Source of the DNA: Hormiphora californensis
Lineage: Eukaryota; Animalia; Ctenophora
Direction: 5' to 3'
Assembly (NCBI GenBank): GCA_020137815.1
Contig: CM035363.1
Location: forward strand, 1 to 12,564
Length of the DNA: 12,564 bases
Shown here: positions 8,535-12,564 of the stretch, piece after piece
Position numbering within the stretch: the first letter of the stretch is position 1
How the letters are laid out: the number at the start of each line of letters is the position of its first letter
Made by a program: the position numbers and the translations under genes
Notes under the pieces: generated by a model
What the model was told of the DNA's origin: nothing
Databases searched by the model: none
What the model saw: only the letters and a program-made list of their open reading frames with translations

Positions 8535-9644
8535 GTCTCTTTATTTTTTAGCTTTACTATCTTCTTTTATTCATTTATTTTCAGCTTGTATTCCTCTATG
8601 CCTTCTAATTTAAATTTCTCTTTCAACTTTGGTGTTATACTTTTAGCGACTTTAATTCTTTTACTAATAACAGGTTTTTTATCTGTTTTATTTTATTCTA
8701 ATAATTTAGAATTATCTTTTTCTACCCTCATTCTTGGAGGTTATAACAAATTTAACTATTTTTTTTTAAGAGTTATGCACAACACTTTAGCTAACATGTT
8801 CTTTATTTTTATTTACTTTCACATAGTTAAATCTTGGTTTTATACTTCTAATAATAATATGTTAGTTCTTTTAATAGGGATTGTTATTTATTTTATAAGT
8901 TGTGCCATCGCCTTTTTTGGGTATTGCCTACCCATGGGTCAAATGTGATATTGGGCTGCTATAGTAATATTCTCTCTTCTATCTATCCTACCTTACGGTA
9001 ATTTAATAATATTATACTTATTCGGCAGCTTCTCCATATCCTCGAGAACATTGTCTATTCTATTTTTTCTTCACTTTCTAAGTCCTTTGATTTTGACTAT
9101 TTTAGTTGGCTTGCATCTCTTAAAACTACATTGAAGCCTCTCCTCCACTACTTGAGATTTTTTAGATTTAGTTTATTTTTATCCATATTACCTTATAATC
9201 GATTTATTTATTGTTTCTTTTTATGCCTTTATTGTTATTCTTGTAATTTTTTTCTTTTGATTTTATTTTTTTGAATCTGCTAATTTTTTGGCTTTTAACT
9301 CCCTCGTCACTCCTTTACACATATATCCCGATTGGTTTTTATTATTTCCCTATGCATGTCTTCGTTGAATAGATTCTAAATTAATTGGTGTTTTCTTATT
9401 GATATTTATAATTCTAAATCAATTTACCCTGCCCGTGATTGCTTCTTATTTTAAACTATTTCACTTTAGTATTCTAAATATTTTGATGGTTTGTATGTTT
9501 ATTTTATTAACTTTTTTTGGATGATACCCTTCTGTATACCCTTTTGATTATTATGTTGTTATATTTCAATTTGTGACTTACATTATAGCTTTTTTATTTT
9601 TATCCTTATATTTGTTTAAATTCATATTGTTTTGAACTTTATAG
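8535..9644 (+). CDS. cob: cytochrome b (start uncertain; first in-frame ATG at 8598)
   Basis: Motifs: [62 protein letters not shown]. Stop TAG at 9642-9644. The frame is open from 8535. Confidence 0.93.
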
Positions 9645-9659
9645 GATTTCTTATTATTA

Positions 9660-11159
9660 ATGTTATTATGTCTTTCTATTTTTTTCTTTTTCTTATCTGT
9701 TTTCTATATAAGTTATTTAAATTTTAATATTCAATCTCTCTACTCTCTATTTGTAACTTTATTAATTCTGGTTGTACTTTTCTCTTATTTTTTTACACTT
9801 AGTCAGGGTTCTTTATTTTTTGATTATATTAATATTTCACATTTCTCCATATTTTCTAATTTTAATTTTATATTTTCTTTTATAGTTTTGCTCGTATGTG
9901 TCGTTCTTCTTGGGTTTATTTTAGCTTATTTTAAATGATTTTATTTCATTTTATGGTTTCTTTTGGTGTTCTTCCTTTTTTTTCTTTCCATAAGTTCGTA
10001 TGTTATTTCTTTTAATTTTATTCTAATGTTTGTATTTTGGGAGTTGATGGGTGTGTGCTGATTTTTTCTTATTTCTGCTTTCTTTTTTAGAATAAAAACT
10101 AGATTCGCATCTTTCGTGGCTTTTTTTTGGAATTTGTCTGGTGATTTTGCCCTTTTGCTTTATTGAGTGATATCTATAATTTTATTTTGAACTCTCACTG
10201 TAAGTTTTAATTATTATTATACAGTTAGTATATTTTTTATGATTCTGGCAGTCTTTGCCAAATCTGCTGTTTTTCCAGCACACACTTGGCTGTACTATGC
10301 TATGGAAGGCCCCACCCCTGTATCAGCATTTTTACATGCTGCTTGAATGATTACAGCTGGTGTATATTTATTTTTCGTTTTCCCTGTCTACGCGAATAGT
10401 TGTATTTATTTGCTTGCTTTATTTTGAATACTTTATTTTTCTTTTAATGCCATTTACTACTACGACTTAAAAAGAATAATAGCTTGATGAACTGGTAGTC
10501 AAATGGGTTACATATTTCTATTTTTTACTCTTGGTTTCTCTTTAAATGGTTTGCTTTTATTTTGATATCACGCTGTTTTCAAATCTTATTTTTTCTTTCT
10601 AGCTGGGTTTATAATTTCTTCTTTATTCGATTATCAAGATTTTCGCTGACAATTTATTTCTTTTTCATGGCTTTTTTTTCTTTTTTTTTGTGCAGCATCG
10701 CTGGTAGGCTTATTTTTTTTCTGGACAGGCATTATAAAAGAAATTTTTGTATACTCATACCTTGGTATTTTATTGATTAAATTCTCTTTTTTCTTTATCT
10801 TTATTTTTTGATGTATATACAGTTTCAAATTATTCATTATAAGATATATATCTTTTAAATTTGATAATAATACTCTTGGCTATTTATTTTTTATGTTGGG
10901 TGTTCTTCTTCTTAATACTATCTACGTTCATTCAAATTGAATAGTCGAATACCCTCTATACTATTTTAGCTTATCTTGGGTTTTTATATTCACTGCTATA
11001 TCCTTAGTTGTTCTGTTAAATAGAATTGATTTTTACTCTATTATTACAGACCTTATTTATAATATGGTCTTTTTATATTTTTATAAATTAAGTTTAATAT
11101 TGTACTGCATTTTTTATGATATTTATATTTTTTGTAATTTCTTTTTCACATTTTATTAA
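9660..11159 (+). CDS. nad5: NADH dehydrogenase subunit 5 (499 aa)
   Basis: ATG 9660 to TAA 11157-11159. Motifs: [60 protein letters not shown]. Confidence 0.95.
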
Positions 11160-11998
11160 TAATTCTAATCTTATTTACTATAATATGAGTCCCCTTTTTA
11201 ATATTTTTTGAAAGAAGAATTCTTGGAGTTCTTCAGTTAAGATATGGCCTTTTTATTTACTTCTTCAACGCTTTTTTTGTTTTCATTAGCGATTTCCTAA
11301 AAATTTTAGGAAAGTATAATCATTTTTTTTTCAGTTATAATTTCTTTCTCCTGTATTTATGATCTATATTTTTTCTATTTATTACTATCCTAATTCTAAT
11401 TATTTTTCCTTTCAATTGCTATGAAATTGTAATTTATTTCTTCTTTCCCCTATTCTTTTTAGTCTGCATGTCCTTTATTCCCTTTCCCTTTTCCCTTTTT
11501 ATTTATTTCTCCAATTCAATATTCTCCTTTATAGGCAATATAAGATCCATTCTACTATTAATATCCTACGAATTGGTTTTCGATTTTTGAATTTTAATTA
11601 TATTTATCATATTATTTCAATATAATGTAGTAGTCTATTCTAATTTATTATTATTACCCGTCTGCTTTGTCTTATACATTACTTTCCTCTGTGATGCTTC
11701 TAGAGTCCCCTTCGACTTGATTGAAGGAGAAAGTGAGTTAGTTTCGGGTTTCAACACTGAATTAGCTTTTTTGTGATTTCTTATAGTATTCTTTGCAGAG
11801 TATATCATATTTTTTTTTTTCATCGTCTTTACTTGATTTTTATTTAATATTCCCCTCAGTATCGTATTATTTCTTTATTTATTCACTAGAGCCCTCCTAG
11901 TGCGATTTTTTTTTACTTTTATAATTTACTTATTTTGGTTTTATTATCTTTTTTTTTTAACCTTTTATTTTTTTTTTATCTTAATTATTATTATTTAA
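11159..11998 (+). CDS. nad1: NADH dehydrogenase subunit 1 (probable ATA/ATT start)
   Basis: Motifs: FERRILGVLQLRYG, SDFLKI, ISYEL, RVPFDLIEGESELVSGFNTE. Stop TAA at 11996-11998. No in-frame ATG at the 5' end; ATA 11159 overlaps the nad5 stop and ATT 11162 is an alternative. Confidence 0.93.
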
Positions 11999-12195
11999 TG
12001 TCTTTTTATATTTTATTCTTTTTTTATTCTTACTTTTTTTTAGATTTAATTTTGTGTTTCTGAGTAATAATATCTTTTTATTTTTTATTTTTTATTAATT
12101 TTTTTTATTTATATAGTATTCTAGTTTCTTTAGTAATTTTGATATATATAGGCGGTATCAGTTTATTTCTATTCTTTTACATGTGTTTAGCTTAA
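11998..12195 (+). CDS. nad6: NADH dehydrogenase subunit 6 (truncated, 65 aa)
   Basis: TAATG overlap with nad1. TM3 motif LIYIGGISLFLFF. Stop TAA at 12193-12195. Confidence 0.85.
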
Positions 12196-12225
12196 TTTAT
12201 ATTTTTTTTCCACTTATATGCTTTT

Positions 12226-12286
12226 ACACCCTACACTGTTTTGAATTTATAAAATTAAAATCAAAAACTTTTTTCTCGTTATGGTG
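12226..12286 (+). repeat. dispersed non-coding repeat, copy 2
   Basis: Same 12-nt and 24-nt blocks as 3947-4000, with a longer AT-rich spacer between them. Confidence 0.9.
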
Positions 12287-12328
12287 ACAATAGATATGAT
12301 AACGTATTTTTATTTATTGTACTTTAAA

Positions 12329-12529
12329 ATGTTATATCTTTTACTTTTTTTTACTTTTACCACACTAGTCTACTTTAATTCTTTATTTAATTTTATCATT
12401 TTATTAGAAATGAACATATTTTTAGTTTTTTTAATTTATTTTAACTTCTATAGCTTTATAAATTTTTTTCTTATATTGTTTTATTCTATTATCTCTATAT
12501 TTTTTTTCTTATTTCTAGTTTTAGTTTAG
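12329..12529 (+). CDS. nad4L: NADH dehydrogenase subunit 4L (alternative ATGs at 12281, 12296)
   Basis: Short hydrophobic ORF with FIILLEM (conserved TM2 Glu) and TAG at 12527-12529. It is the only complex I mt subunit otherwise unassigned. Confidence 0.75.
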   Translation: MLYLLLFFTFTTLVYFNSLFNFIILLEMNIFLVFLIYFNFYSFINFFLILFYSIISIFFFLFLVLV

Positions 12530-12564
12530 AAGCCTCCTAATTATTACACCTATTGGTTGCCTTT

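Noticed and set aside
76-9938. ORF-track fragments of cox1, cox2, nad4, cob and nad5 read as pseudogenes, a NUMT or intron-split genes
   Set aside because: Every break is an in-frame TGA with no frameshift, and conserved motifs continue directly across it.
1985-11823. Minus-strand ORFs (1985-2188, 3258-3533, 10634-10837, 11635-11823) and alternate-frame ORFs (3063-3254, 10562-10780)
   Set aside because: They are short shadows of longer + strand frames. The Lys/Asn richness of the minus-strand ones simply mirrors poly-T on the coding strand.
1-12195. Translation table 4 (UGA=Trp)
   Set aside because: It places Trp at conserved Ser/Thr positions such as GQMS, NHSxMP and HDTYY.

Overview
This window looks like a complete, very AT- and T-rich animal mitochondrial genome of ctenophore type, linearised at the cox1 ATG. 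All recognisable genes are on the + strand in the order cox1, cox2, large unassigned ORF, rnl, rns, cox3, nad2, nad3, nad4, cob, nad5, nad1, nad6, nad4L. I found no tRNA gene, no atp6 and no recognisable atp8. The supplied ORF track is fragmented because TGA is a sense codon here. TGA sits at conserved Ser/Thr positions while conserved Trp are TGG, so UGA most likely encodes Ser. From memory this fits Pleurobrachiidae (Pleurobrachia/Hormiphora); I have not verified that. Under this code a hidden 410-448 codon ORF appears at 2291/2405-3637. It is chimeric: an in-frame duplicate of the cox1 N-terminus, then a hydrophobic region, then a GC-richer acidic Pro/Ser-rich tail with a protein-level repeat. 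Other oddities are a 36-codon micro-ORF coupled to the cox1 stop, a dispersed non-coding repeat, a C19 tract, a GC-rich double hairpin in rns and several active-site substitutions.
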